A DNA stretch of 64,000 nt from an uncultured virus (IMG/VR IMGVR_UViG_3300020036_006490) (taxonomy: Duplodnaviria > Heunggongvirae > Uroviricota > Caudoviricetes > Crassvirales). The stretch lies in the IMG/VR virus record IMGVR_UViG_3300020036_006490. The stretch is one strand, 5' to 3'. A program made the translations under genes and the position numbers. Under the pieces are notes generated by a model, which did no database searches, was not told where the DNA came from, and saw only the letters and a list, made by a program, of their open reading frames with translations. Each line of letters starts with the position of its first letter. Positions within the stretch are counted from its first letter, which is position 1. Shown piece by piece: positions 1-11,600 of this stretch.

Positions 1-3000
1 AATCAACAAAATAATACACACATAGCTACGGCATCCAAGGGAATGTCGATGGATACTAAACATAAGTATCAGCCTGAAGGAAAAGCCTCGTTCATTTTGA
101 ATGGGGTTTTGGAGTCTACAGTAGGTGACTATCCTACTATTACAAATGAGTTAGGAACTTTGCTGTGTACTACTGTTACTCCAGGTTTTATAATTATAGG
201 TGTACAACAATTAGATGGTGATGATTTTGCAATCTTTAGTGTAACAGATAAAAACAATGTTTCTGAAATAGGAATATTTAATCAAGCTAAATGTGAATAC
301 AAACCATTAGTTCAAACAGGATGTTTAAACTTTAACACTAATAATAGAATAAAAACTTTATTTAGAATACTAGGAGGTTGTGAAAGAATAATCTATTTTA
401 CTGATGGGGTTAATCCATATAGATCTATAAATCTAGATAAACTAGAGGACTATTATGATGATAATAAAAACTTTGATTGTACTAAATTAGAATTATCAAG
501 ACCTATACAAATTCCAGGAATGGAATTATTTAAAATAAATGATGGTGGAGGACAAATACCATTAGGTACTTGGAGATTTAGAATTAGATATTTAGATCAA
601 GATTTAAACCCTACAAATTGGATGTTATTAACTGCAGGTATTCCTATAGTTGATGAAAACATATCTGCTGATTTTTATAATGTTGATGGTGGATATAATC
701 TAACAGCTAAAAGTGAACAAGATGGAGGAGTGCCAATCTCTAATAAATCGATAATATTAAAGTTATCTAATTTAGATTTAAAATTTTATTATTATCAGAT
801 AGCTGTTTTGGGTAGAGTTTCTGGAACAGGTAAATCAACCGTCGCATATATTCTACCACCAAAAACTATAACTTTTTCTGAAGAGGAGTATACGTATACT
901 GGTCCAAATACAAATACAGATATTGCTACAGATGTAACAGCTTTAACAGTTGATCCTGGAATTATAGATATTGTAGATGCACATGCTCAAATAGACAATA
1001 GATTATTTTTAGCAAATTTGTCTAATCCGAATTTTAAATATGGAGATATACAAAGAGCTGCTAATAAGATTACAATAGAATGGGTAAAAGGAGAAAATAA
1101 ATGGGAAGATCTTAATGAGGAAAGCGGATCAGGAAAATCACCTTATGTATATACAAATTATAGAACATTTATGGCAGATGAGGTATACGCATTTGGTATA
1201 AGAGGTTTTCATAAAAAAGGATGGTCAACTCCAGTATTTCATATTCCAGGTAGAGAAGAAATATTAAACACTACCTTAGATGGTCAACAATTAATTAATT
1301 TAGGAAACTCTAATCCTCACTATAGAAATAAAGTAACTATAGCACCAACTGCAGTAGGTTCTTGGGATAAAGAACCTTTGACAATTATAAAAAGGGCTAA
1401 TACTATAAATACTAAAACACAAGCAAACAATAATGCATCGCAAGTAGATGAATGGGATGCTAGACATTTAGGACCTGCAGGATCTACAATTCCAAGATGG
1501 AAAATGTACAATACAGCAATACAGAAATCAAGTAGCAACGTTGGTATTATGGCATATCATGAATCTATAAATGACTATCCTGATATAAAAGATTGTAGTG
1601 GTGAACGAGTATTTCCAGAAGGAAAAATAAGACATCATAGATTTCCAGATAGAACTTTAGTTAATTTATATAAAACGACTATAGAAACTGATAACACTGT
1701 TTATAATGCACCATATGATAGCGCGACAAAATTAGATAAAAGAATTGAAGATGAAGAAACATTAGTCTATCCTTTAGGATTTAGACCACAGTTAGACGCA
1801 TTCTTTGCATCTCTACCTCAGGATATTTTAGATAATTTTACTAATTGGGAAATTGTTGTAAGTGTTCGAGATGAACCTAATAAAACTGTTTTAGACAAAG
1901 GTTATATATATTCAGCTAATGGGGTATTTGATGATACAAATCTAGATGGAGATGCTGTTTTTGCTCCATGGTATACCTATATTAATACCGTTCATGAGTT
2001 ATATACTTCATTCGTTTCTCCAAAAATAATGTTTAATACAGAGTTTTTAAATGGGAGTTATTATAAGCATGAATTAGAATTTGATCATAAGATACAGTCA
2101 ACAATATTAAATGCAAGTAGTTATAGAGTTTTTGGAGATTCTGTAAATGGTAATCAAGTTAGGTTTTTTGATTATAGTATGTATAATCCAAAGATTCCAG
2201 ATGCTGCACAACCAATATATCAATTTAAATCTAGAGCTATAAACCAGTCTACATTTTTAAGTAACTATACACCTATTAAAGGTGAAGACGGTGATAACTT
2301 TGATACAAATGATGCGTATGCTTTTACATTCAATTCTAACACAATCTTAAATACTAAAAAAGTAAAAAACCCGTATTTCAATAATTATCAATTTATATCT
2401 AATGTTAAAGATCCTTTAATATCAAGAGGATCATTTATCAGGTCTTTAACATTCAATAGACTCATATTAGATGACTTGCATACAAAGAATAACTTATCCT
2501 ACGTTTCAATAAAAAGACAAGTTGACCCGTATTCTAATTTATTCGGTATACAATATAGAAGTACAAATTCTTTTTATTCAAAGTATACAACAAAAGTTGT
2601 TACTAGTCCTTTAGATCCTATAGGTGTTTTACGCAATAGTTTCTCTGGGGATTGCTTTATAGGTAAGATGGCTTATACTTGGAAATTTCCATTTACAGAT
2701 CCAGATGAAGATAAGCTTAGAAATAATGGTGTGTGGGTTAATGGATTCTACGAATCTGAAATAAATGTCGACCTTAGACATTCTGGATCAGAAAAGAAAG
2801 ACCAATACTTTAAAAAAGATTTAAAGAAAGCTACTGTAGACGATCTTTATAAGCATGTTAAAATTCTGAATGAAGATAATGACATTTATATTACCAAAGA
2901 ATTTTGGGGATATAATCAGGATTTTTCAGGAGTATCTGATGAAGCTTTATTTTTCTCTTTACCTATAAATTATGATTACTGTGCTAAGTGTGATAACAAG

Positions 3001-4389
3001 TATCCATTCAGAATTAGATACTCAGAAAAATCGTTTCAAGATCAAGTACTAGATAAATATAAAATCTTTTTGTCTTACAACTTTACGGATTTGCCAGGAG
3101 ATACTTTAGCAATAAACAATTTGTTTGTAGATAAGAATGAGTTATATGCACATACACCTAAAGCTTTATACTTTGTACCTACTAGACAGCAATCATTACA
3201 AACTAATGAGAATACTATTTACATAGGAACTGGAGAAATCTTTGCAGTACCGCCTAGAAGATTAGCATCACTTAATTATGCATATGGTGGATCAGTAGAT
3301 CCTTGGACAACAGTACCATCTGAATTTGGAACTTTATTTATAGATTCTCTATCAGGTAAAATATTTATGCTACAAGAAGGTCTTAAAGAAATATCTACTC
3401 ATGGAATGAGAAACTTCTTTGAGAATGAATTAGGTTTAAAGCTTAACGAACAAATTAAATCTATCTATGGAAAAGATTATCCATTTAAATCTCCAACAGT
3501 TGCTAATGATTTAGGTATTGGGTACAATGCTACATTTGATACTCGACATAGAAGATTTATTCTACATAAGAGAGATTACGAAATGTTAGCACCTACACAT
3601 AAGGATTGGTCTTTAAGAGATGATGGATTATATTTTAATAATAAGAAAATTCAAAATCTTACAAAGAGTTATGGATTGTTTAGAAATAAATCTTGGACTC
3701 TATCATACAGCTTAGCTCATGAGTCTTGGGTATCATTTCATTCATACTTTCCAGATTATATTTGGAATTCTGAATCAGATGTATTCTCAACTATAAAGCA
3801 AAATGTAGATTCTAATCTTATCTACAAACACAACAAAGGTGATTATACTACTTACTACAATAAACCAAAATCAGATTTCATACTAGAGTTAGTATCTAAT
3901 CCAAGCCCAATGACTACTAAGAAATTTGGACCTATCAGATTAATACACGACACACAGATATATGATTCTGTTACAAGACAATTTAAGGATATCTACGATT
4001 TAACATTTGAACGTGGGATCTTCTACGCATCAGATATATCTACAGGAGAATTAAGCATAAGACAACAGTCTTCATTTGGATCTGTAACCGATCCATTTCC
4101 TAATAGGATACTATTTGAACGTAAGGGTAGAGAGGTGCACATGAACGAAATCTTAGATGTAGTATCTACAGACTTACCTATATTTACAAGTGAGTGGTCA
4201 GTGATTCAACCTGACTACTTTATAGATAAAGTAGTAAACACTAATGCTGTTGACTTTAATAAAAGCCTATTTACAAAATCAAGAATGGTAGACCAATATA
4301 TGGTGTCTAGACTATTCTTTAATCCAAACGATAATATAAAAATCACTTTTGAAGGACTCATTAGTGAGTTTAAACCATTTATAAGATAA
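1..4389 (+). CDS. Tail stabilisation/muzzle-type virion protein of crAss-like phages (5' end probably upstream of the window)
   Basis: 1448-aa ORF whose frame is open back to position 1 (..SKGMSMDT). Beta-rich, with IYFTDGVNPYRSIN, FMADEVYAFGI and C-terminal SWTLSYS..WVSFHSYFPD segments typical of the crAss tail-stabilisation protein. Lies immediately before the cargo genes. Confidence 0.75.
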   Translation, partial: NQQNNTHIATASKGMSMDTKHKYQPEGKASFILNGVLESTVGDYPTITNELGTLLCTTVTPGFIIIGVQQLDGDDFAIFSVTDKNNVSEIGIFNQAKCEYKPLVQTGCLNFNTNNRIKTLFRILGGCERIIYFTDGVNPYRSINLDKLEDYYDDNKNFDCTKLELSRPIQIPGMELFKINDGGGQIPLGTWRFRIRYLDQDLNPTNWMLLTAGIPIVDENISADFYNVDGGYNLTAKSEQDGGVPISNKSIILKLSNLDLKFYYYQIAVLGRVSGTGKSTVAYILPPKTITFSEEEYTYTGPNTNTDIATDVTALTVDPGIIDIVDAHAQIDNRLFLANLSNPNFKYGDIQRAANKITIEWVKGENKWEDLNEESGSGKSPYVYTNYRTFMADEVYAFGIRGFHKKGWSTPVFHIPGREEILNTTLDGQQLINLGNSNPHYRNKVTIAPTAVGSWDKEPLTIIKRANTINTKTQANNNASQVDEWDARHLGPAGSTIPRWKMYNTAIQKSSSNVGIMAYHESINDYPDIKDCSGERVFPEGKIRHHRFPDRTLVNLYKTTIETDNTVYNAPYDSATKLDKRIEDEETLVYPLGFRPQLDAFFASLPQDILDNFTNWEIVVSVRDEPNKTVLDKGYIYSANGVFDDTNLDGDAVFAPWYTYINTVHELYTSFVSPKIMFNTEFLNGSYYKHELEFDHKIQSTILNASSYRVFGDSVNGNQVRFFDYSMYNPKIPDAAQPIYQFKSRAINQSTFLSNYTPIKGEDGDNFDTNDAYAFTFNSNTILNTKKVKNPYFNNYQFISNVKDPLISRGSFIRSLTFNRLILDDLHTKNNLSYVSIKRQVDPYSNLFGIQYRSTNSFYSKYTTKVVTSPLDPIGVLRNSFSGDCFIGKMAYTWKFPFTDPDEDKLRNNGVWVNGFYESEINVDLRHSGSEKKDQYFKKDLKKATVDDLYKHVKILNEDNDIYITKEFWGYNQDFSGVSDEALFFSLPINYDYCAKCDNKYPFRIRYSEKSFQDQVLDKYKIFLSYNFTDLPGDTLAINNLFVDKNELYAHTPKALYFVPTRQQSLQTNENTIYIGTGEIFAVPPRRLASLNYAYGGSVDPWTTVPSEFGTLFIDSLSGKIFMLQEGLKEISTHGMRNFFENELGLKLNEQIKSIYGKDYPFKSPTVANDLGIGYNATFDTRHRRFILHKRDYEMLAPTHKDWSLRDDGLYFNNKKIQNLTKSYGLFRNKSWTLSYSLAHESWVSFHSYFPDYIWNSESDVFSTIKQNVDSNLIYKHNKGDYTTYYNKPKSDFILELVSNPSPMTTKKFGPIRLIHDTQIYDSVTRQFKDIYDLTFERGIFYASDISTGELSIRQQSSFGSVTDPFPNRILFERKGREVHMNEILDVVSTDLPIFTSEWSVIQPDYFIDKVVNTNAVDFNKSLFTKSRMVDQYMVSRLFFNPNDNIKITFEGLISEFKPFIR

Positions 4390-6473
4390 TGAAAAGATAC
4401 AATAAAAACAGACAAAAATTTAATGTCCAACTGTCTGACGGTACAAATAATATATCGTTTGAACAAATGTGGGCTCTTAATCAAGCATCCAAATCTCCAG
4501 GATTTATTTCTAACCCGTTAGCTAAAGCATACAGTAATGCATTTGTTTCTGGTGGGCAAATACTTCAAGGAATAGGAGGAATAGCATCTGCAGTTCCAAT
4601 ACCTGGTGTAGCTATAGGTGGTGCGGCTCTAAGTATGCTAGGAGGTTTAATAGATAAACCTGCAGCACAAAAACCAACATACGGCGCTGAAACAACTACC
4701 AGATACGGCATGGCTACAGGAGGTTCTATGGAACCTATATCACCTAATGCTATGGAAGTAACTGGTGCACCAAATCAAACAGATGGTAATCAGATAAACT
4801 ATAAAGGACAACCTATCAATGTAGATCACGGAGAAGTGATTGACCATTCTAAAGATATAGTCTTTTCAGATAAATTATTTGACCCAAGATCAGGTAAATC
4901 ATTTGCTGACACAGTTAAGCCTATGGAGAAACTAATAGGTAAATTATCTAAGATGCCGTCTAATATTAACAACAATACTATTAAAGCTTTAGAACAACAG
5001 AAGCAGAAAGTGTTTCAAACACAAGAACAAGTAGCTGCAGCATTGGGTCAAAGAAATTCAGATGGTTCTACAGTACAGCCTGGACAGCCAGCTATGGCAT
5101 CTGGTGGCAGAATAAAATCATACACATCTGGAGGAGTTCCAGATTTAACACAGTTTTTTCTAGGCAAACCGTATCAATCTTCACAACAATATGCGTCTAA
5201 TATAGAACCGTATATCGAAGAACCGTTAAAGCCTAAGAGCACATTTAAGTATGCAAAAGGATATCAGTCTTATGCGGATTTAGATTTAGACAGAGACGAT
5301 GTTCAGAAACAAGTAGAAGCTTTTTTTGCAAGTGATGCAGGTCAAAGGTATCAAAGAGCTCAAAGAGGAAAGAATCCTAAATGGAATTTTTATGGATCGA
5401 ATCAGGATGCTAATAATACCATCGGCCCAAAATTTGCACACTTATTAGCTGACCCAGAATTTCAAAAATTATATAGAACTTCTATTAATACTCCACCAAC
5501 AACAGCTAAAAAAGAAGTATATGGAAATAATCCTATTTTACCTATACAAGAAGCCGGAGGTTATAATGCAGTATTAAAACCTACCAACAGGTATTCAAAA
5601 CCGAGTTATGCAGATGAAGCACAAAGTACTTATGATACGGATAGAGAGAATGCACGTTTAGCCGGAACCACTGAAGATAACAAAAGACCAGGTTCAGAAC
5701 CATTTGATGCTAAAGGAGCAATCAATCAATTTTTTAAAGATAATCCTAACTCTGCACAACCTCTTAAAAAACCATCTAAATTTGGTTTAGGTGATTACTT
5801 ACAATTAGGTGCAGCTGGAGCTTCTGTGCTTGGCGCGTTATTTGATAAACCAGAAAAACAAAGACCTAATTTAGATAAAACACAAATTACTCAAAATAGA
5901 TATGACCCAGCTAATGCATTAATGCAAAATCAATACACTACTAATGCGGGTATGATGGCTAACACTAATAACTATTCATCAGCGGGAGTTCAAGCAGGTC
6001 TTCAAAATTTAATGGCTAATAAGTATAAAGCAGATTCCCAAGTTCAAAGTCAGTACGATCAAATGAACAATCAAGCAAGAACTCAGTATGAGCAAAGGTT
6101 ACAACAACAAAATCAATTCAATGCTCAAGTATTATCAGCTAATGATGATAAGAACGTAGCTAATAGAGCAGCATATACTAATAACTTATATGGAGCTTTA
6201 CAGACAGTTTCTAATGTTGGCAAAGGATTCAATCAGAAAGCAACATCCGAAAAAGCTGTTAATGCTTTAATTGCAAACGACCCACAAGCTGCACAAGGAT
6301 TCTTGGATGCTAATGGTCAAGTAGATCAAGCAGCTTTACAAAAAAATAATGAATTACGAAGACAAGTTTATCAAACAATAGATGACGGTATATTCTATCA
6401 AGGTGGTACTAAATATAAAAAACCGGGAACGTATCTTGCAGGAGGTAAAATAAAATTAAGAAAGAAAAGATAA
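4389..6473 (+). CDS. Virion cargo/ejection protein
   Basis: Gly/Ala-rich hydrophobic segments, an NVDHGEVI..VFSDKL motif, a Q/N-rich C-terminus and repeated (M/Y)xxGG motifs. Synteny between the tail gene and the vRNAP matches crAss-like cargo genes. Confidence 0.6.
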   Translation: MKRYNKNRQKFNVQLSDGTNNISFEQMWALNQASKSPGFISNPLAKAYSNAFVSGGQILQGIGGIASAVPIPGVAIGGAALSMLGGLIDKPAAQKPTYGAETTTRYGMATGGSMEPISPNAMEVTGAPNQTDGNQINYKGQPINVDHGEVIDHSKDIVFSDKLFDPRSGKSFADTVKPMEKLIGKLSKMPSNINNNTIKALEQQKQKVFQTQEQVAAALGQRNSDGSTVQPGQPAMASGGRIKSYTSGGVPDLTQFFLGKPYQSSQQYASNIEPYIEEPLKPKSTFKYAKGYQSYADLDLDRDDVQKQVEAFFASDAGQRYQRAQRGKNPKWNFYGSNQDANNTIGPKFAHLLADPEFQKLYRTSINTPPTTAKKEVYGNNPILPIQEAGGYNAVLKPTNRYSKPSYADEAQSTYDTDRENARLAGTTEDNKRPGSEPFDAKGAINQFFKDNPNSAQPLKKPSKFGLGDYLQLGAAGASVLGALFDKPEKQRPNLDKTQITQNRYDPANALMQNQYTTNAGMMANTNNYSSAGVQAGLQNLMANKYKADSQVQSQYDQMNNQARTQYEQRLQQQNQFNAQVLSANDDKNVANRAAYTNNLYGALQTVSNVGKGFNQKATSEKAVNALIANDPQAAQGFLDANGQVDQAALQKNNELRRQVYQTIDDGIFYQGGTKYKKPGTYLAGGKIKLRKKR

Positions 6474-6474
6474 T

Positions 6475-8670
6475 ATGTCAAATAGATTTGTACAATATAG
6501 ACCATTAGATTATACTCCAGTTACGGAACCTTTAGAGATACTAAAGGAAAGTCTAGTTAATAGGCGTAAGCTTATTGATATGATGGAAGATGAACAGGAT
6601 AAGCTAGCTACAATACAAGCTAAAGGTATTGATGGAACTGATTGGCAGAATAAAGCCGTAAATGTTAATAAAGTACTTCAAAGTAAAAAAGATGAAGTTT
6701 CTAATTATTTAATGGAAAATTCTGGGGATCTTTATGGAGCTAAAAGAAAAATTAGAGAGTTAAAAAATTATATAACTAGAGAATCTATATCTGGTGAGTT
6801 AGGGGCTATTAATAATGCAAGTGCTGCATATGCTAAGCGAATGGAAGAACTGCAGAAAGAAGCTGGCAAGAAGGATAGTTTTTCATTGTCTAGATTAGAA
6901 AAACAGAATCAGTTATTCAAAATGCAAAGTCAAAATTTAGGGAAATTTAATCCTATTAGAGGTACCTATGAAAATGCCACTTCTTTAACTGCACCACCTG
7001 CAGAGTTTGATGTATATGAAAGACTTACTGATGTAATAAAAAATACATCAGCATTGACTGAATATAGATTACAATCTGGAAGAGATGGTTGGCAATTGGT
7101 TGATAGAGTTACAGGTGTAGAGCACAAAGATAGTAATACACTTGTCGCTAATATGCTTGACTCTTTAAAAACCAGTGCAGCTTATAAAGATGATTTAGAA
7201 TGGCAAACAAGATATACTGCTGTGGCAAGCGGATTAGATATGTCTAAACCAGAAAATCAAGAATTAATGGCTAGTTGGGCAGCACAAAAAATGGCTAATG
7301 ATGCTAAAGGTATTTCAGGTTACGCTTATACTAAAGAAATGGCTCCAACAATTCATAGAACAAACGATCCTGAAATGCAGTTTGAGTTACAAAGAAGAAG
7401 ATTCAAGCATGATGATGATAAGCTTGCAGGTTTAATGCGTGATAACTCTTTGCCAGGTGTAACTGTTCCTGTTGACTTTATACCAGCAAACGCGTCTATA
7501 CTAGGAAATATAGATTTAAATAATGAAGCCGTTACCAATATAATAAATAAATATACTAAGAATGGTAGAGGTTCTAACTTCTTTGATGCGGGTACATACT
7601 TTGACGAATTCGGTATCTCTTATAGAGATGCTAGCGCTACAGAACCTAATTATGTAAAAAATCCTTTCCCAGGTTTAACTAATTTACCTGCTAAAGATTT
7701 ACAAAACCTTGCTAATGAACTACAAAGTAAACAACCGAATTTCAACAAAGATAAGTTTATAGCATATATGGAAAAACAATCTAAAAATTTATCGAAGTCT
7801 GCGTCAGATAAAATTAAGGACTACTTTAAAAACTTTGAAAAAGAAACAGGAACAAGACCTCAGGAAGTTAGGATGATTCCGTTTAGTTTAGATGATCAAC
7901 AATATGTTACTGCAAATGTTTTAATGAATGATATACTACCAGTAACAGTTGTTAAGAATGGAAAGATTGTTCATAATGGAGAGAACTTTACAATGGGAGA
8001 TTTAAAGAAAAAATATGGGGAAAATATTTTTGATGAGAAAACCAGAAAGACAGTAAATGCTTTAAATCCAAATAGTTCTAGGGTTATAGGCAGAGCTTTA
8101 CCTTCATCTATTAGTAATAATATGACTTTAGTAATGACTCTTCCTAATGGCATGAAAGCATATATTCAAGATGGATTAAATTCTTCTAGTAATAGATATA
8201 ATCCATCATTGCAAACAGCTAATGAATTGCGAATGTCTAAACAAAATCCAGCTAATTATGCAAACGGTATTAACGTAGGATTAACTACAGATAATAGTAC
8301 ACCAGTGCAAGAATTAAAAGATGCTTTACAAATGAAAGGAATACAATTACCTAGTAATATCCAATCTATGAAGTTAGTACCGGGTACACCTTTTGAAGTT
8401 AAGAATATTGATGGTACCTACTCATTACAGCCTTCATATAAGAGAGTTGTTGTAAACTATGTAGATAATGGTAGAATGTTGAGTAAAGAAGTTTATAATG
8501 CTGAATACTTTGGAGGAAGTGAACTTCCACTTAATGAACCAGATAATCATATTGCACAACAGATATGGAATCAGCATTTAACAGCATATGGACAGACAAA
8601 AGAAAAATTAACTAAAGAGGGTCAAATCATACAAGCTATGTACCTTCAAAATTCACAATCAGATAATTAA
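6475..8670 (+). CDS. Virion cargo/ejection protein (helical N-terminus)
   Basis: 731-aa ORF tightly coupled to its neighbours, with a coiled-coil-like N-terminal half. Function inferred from position in the cargo block. Confidence 0.5.
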   Translation: MSNRFVQYRPLDYTPVTEPLEILKESLVNRRKLIDMMEDEQDKLATIQAKGIDGTDWQNKAVNVNKVLQSKKDEVSNYLMENSGDLYGAKRKIRELKNYITRESISGELGAINNASAAYAKRMEELQKEAGKKDSFSLSRLEKQNQLFKMQSQNLGKFNPIRGTYENATSLTAPPAEFDVYERLTDVIKNTSALTEYRLQSGRDGWQLVDRVTGVEHKDSNTLVANMLDSLKTSAAYKDDLEWQTRYTAVASGLDMSKPENQELMASWAAQKMANDAKGISGYAYTKEMAPTIHRTNDPEMQFELQRRRFKHDDDKLAGLMRDNSLPGVTVPVDFIPANASILGNIDLNNEAVTNIINKYTKNGRGSNFFDAGTYFDEFGISYRDASATEPNYVKNPFPGLTNLPAKDLQNLANELQSKQPNFNKDKFIAYMEKQSKNLSKSASDKIKDYFKNFEKETGTRPQEVRMIPFSLDDQQYVTANVLMNDILPVTVVKNGKIVHNGENFTMGDLKKKYGENIFDEKTRKTVNALNPNSSRVIGRALPSSISNNMTLVMTLPNGMKAYIQDGLNSSSNRYNPSLQTANELRMSKQNPANYANGINVGLTTDNSTPVQELKDALQMKGIQLPSNIQSMKLVPGTPFEVKNIDGTYSLQPSYKRVVVNYVDNGRMLSKEVYNAEYFGGSELPLNEPDNHIAQQIWNQHLTAYGQTKEKLTKEGQIIQAMYLQNSQSDN

Positions 8671-8675
8671 TAATT

Positions 8676-11600
8676 ATGATAGATACTACACCTTTAATTC
8701 CAAATACTCCTATACCTTATTCAGGGGAGCCTAGAAAACAGTACACACCGGGACCAGAAGTTCAGAGAAATAATGAACAACTGGCAAGGCAGATACAACA
8801 TCCTACCTTTGGAGATATCTACACTAGAGATGTATCAGGTACTCCCTATAAGGACTTTAAATCCTATGATACCAATATTTCACCATATTCCAATCAAGCT
8901 TTTTTAAGAGGTGAGAATCAGAAGTGGTATGAACAAGCAGTTAACGGTACATTAAATATGATACCATCTACAATTCTTAAAGTGGTTGGAACAGGGGCGT
9001 CATTAGCAGGAGGTTTCGAAGGTCTTTTAAGCGGTAAAGGATTTATAAAAGGATCATCTGAGAATTCAGCATCACAAAGTTTAAGAGAGATTGAAGACTA
9101 CTTTAAAAATGAAATATTACCAGTGCATGGTACTAGAGCATACTCAGAAGGTAATGCAGTATCTAGATTAGGAACAACATCATGGTTGTTTAATGATTTT
9201 GCAGATGGTGTATCTTTTATGGCATCGGCATATCTTACAGGTTTAGGTATTCAAGGAGTCTTGGGAAAGATGGGGAGTATTACAAAAGGGTTACAACAAG
9301 CTGGTCTAACTGCGGCTAGTGAAAAAAATATAGCAAGTTTTGCAGCAAAACAATTAATAAAGTTTAAAGATGCATCAGGACTAGCCACTAAACATTTAGC
9401 TACAGGTTTTGTCAATACAGTATTTGAAGCTTCAGCTGAGGCACATGATTCTAGAGAACAAATTGAAACTTACTACAATGCTAAAATACAAGCTGCAGAA
9501 TCTTCTGGAGATATGCAATTAGCAAAACAGCTAGAACATGAAAAAGAGATAAATGCAGATTCAGCTATGGCGTCTACATTTCTTTTTAATGCAGCATTAC
9601 TAAGTTTTACTAATACGTTATTAGAAGCTAAATGGTTTTTAAATAAGGCTAAAAGTAGTAATACTGCTTTAAAGAATGAGTTACTAGCTAAGGGTGTACG
9701 TGATCAATCTGATGAAGCTTTAGAAGGATTAATTAATTCTGCTAAAGAAGGAATAAAAAAACCAAACTATTTAAGAGAGTTTGGTAAGGGTGTTTTTAAT
9801 GAAGCTTATATAGAAGAGAATTATCAGGCAGCTGTTCAAAATAGGTTTTTTAATAAATACTCACAGACTCGGGATGAAAAAGATAATAGTATCTTTAGTA
9901 ACATGGGTTATGATTTAGGATCTATTATATTACAATCAGCTAAGAATGCTAAAGGTTTTACTAAAGATGTATTAGCTTTACCATTTCATGCATTAGGTTT
10001 AGATACTTCTGGTTTTGAAACTAAAGCAGGAAGTGCAGAAGATGAAGCTGCTCAGGCAATGTTTGCGGCGGTTGGTATATCAGGACCCATGGCAATGAAA
10101 GCTGCACATAGTGAGTATATTCAAGATTTAGAAGCAGTAGGAGAAGTTAGTCAAGAAGTTAAAAATTTAGTAAATATTGTTAAACTATCAGGCGAACATT
10201 TAATAGAGAATGTTAGACAACCTCTAAGAAAATTTACTAATACGTCAGTAGATGCGGATGGAAAAGCTAACACTGAGGAAACTATTGTTAATCCTGTAAC
10301 TGGAAAACATGAATTTGATCCTGTCGAATTTGCTAAGGGGAATAAGAGAGGTGCAAATGTTTTAGATAAACATAAGAAAGCAGTACAAGCTGTAATGGCT
10401 GAAGATGAAGAAGCCTTGTCTATTATATCAGATCAAGTAACTAATGAATGGGGATATGATTTATTTAGTTTAAGTCAAGGTAGAATAACTGATGATGAGT
10501 TACAGATTATACTGGATAATCATCCAGCTTTTCAGAATAAAGATTTACAACAGTTAGGTTTAGATAATATAATAGCTGATAGAAAAGATACTTTAAAAAA
10601 ATCTGTAGAAACTTTAAAAAAATTAAGTTCTAAGTATGAAATCATGTCAGATTTTATTCCTCAAGCAGATTTGAGTAAGTTAACTGATGAAGAAAGAGAA
10701 ATTGAAATTAATAAAAGATTCGATAAAAGCTTAGACAGATCTATACGAAATGATGTAATGCGTACAGAGTTCTTTGTTAACTATAATAAAGATGCTGTAT
10801 TAAAAGCTGATGATACTTTACAAGCTTACAAGGATGACACAGCAATAGATGAAGAGGTATTAAAAAATATGACACCTGAACAAGGTGGCAGATATTTAGA
10901 TTTAATTGATTATAATCAAGCTTTAGCGGATTTAGCTAAAGGGGATAAATCAATAACTAAACAAATAATAACTAAACAACTTACTAGGTCTTCTAAATTT
11001 CAACGAGATTATTTAGATATATTAAAAAGACATAATAAAGTCTCAGAAGATTTAAAAGAAGCTAAAACTGAAAAAGAAAAAGCTGAATTATCACAAAAAA
11101 GTAAAGAGCTCCAAGAAGAATTTGACCAAAAGAAATATCTAAAAGAAGAAGAGGAGAAAATTGAAGGTTGGGAAGCTATTACAAGTTCATTACAAGTAGG
11201 AGATTCTAAAATATCTGTGCCACACTATAGTGTATCAGATAGTATAGAAAGAAAAGTAGGTGCTAGAAGATTATATAATGGAAATCTTAAAACTTCTATT
11301 AGAGCTAATACTGCTGGTAAACTTGTAGCTAAAGATGTTTTAGATGCAAGATTAACTCCAATATTAAATGAAATAAAAACAGGTCCTATTACAGGTCAAA
11401 GACTAGCAGAGATTGTACAAGAGTTATCAGATTTAGTAACTAATGTAAGTTCTGTAAGTTTAGGTAGTCCAGTGTTACTACAAATTCTAGAAAAGTTACG
11501 TAAAGATTATTTACTTTCTGAGGAGGCTATTATTTCTGCTAATAAAGACTTAAAAAATATTATTGTAGGAGATAACGGACCAGTAGATACCAGTATAGTA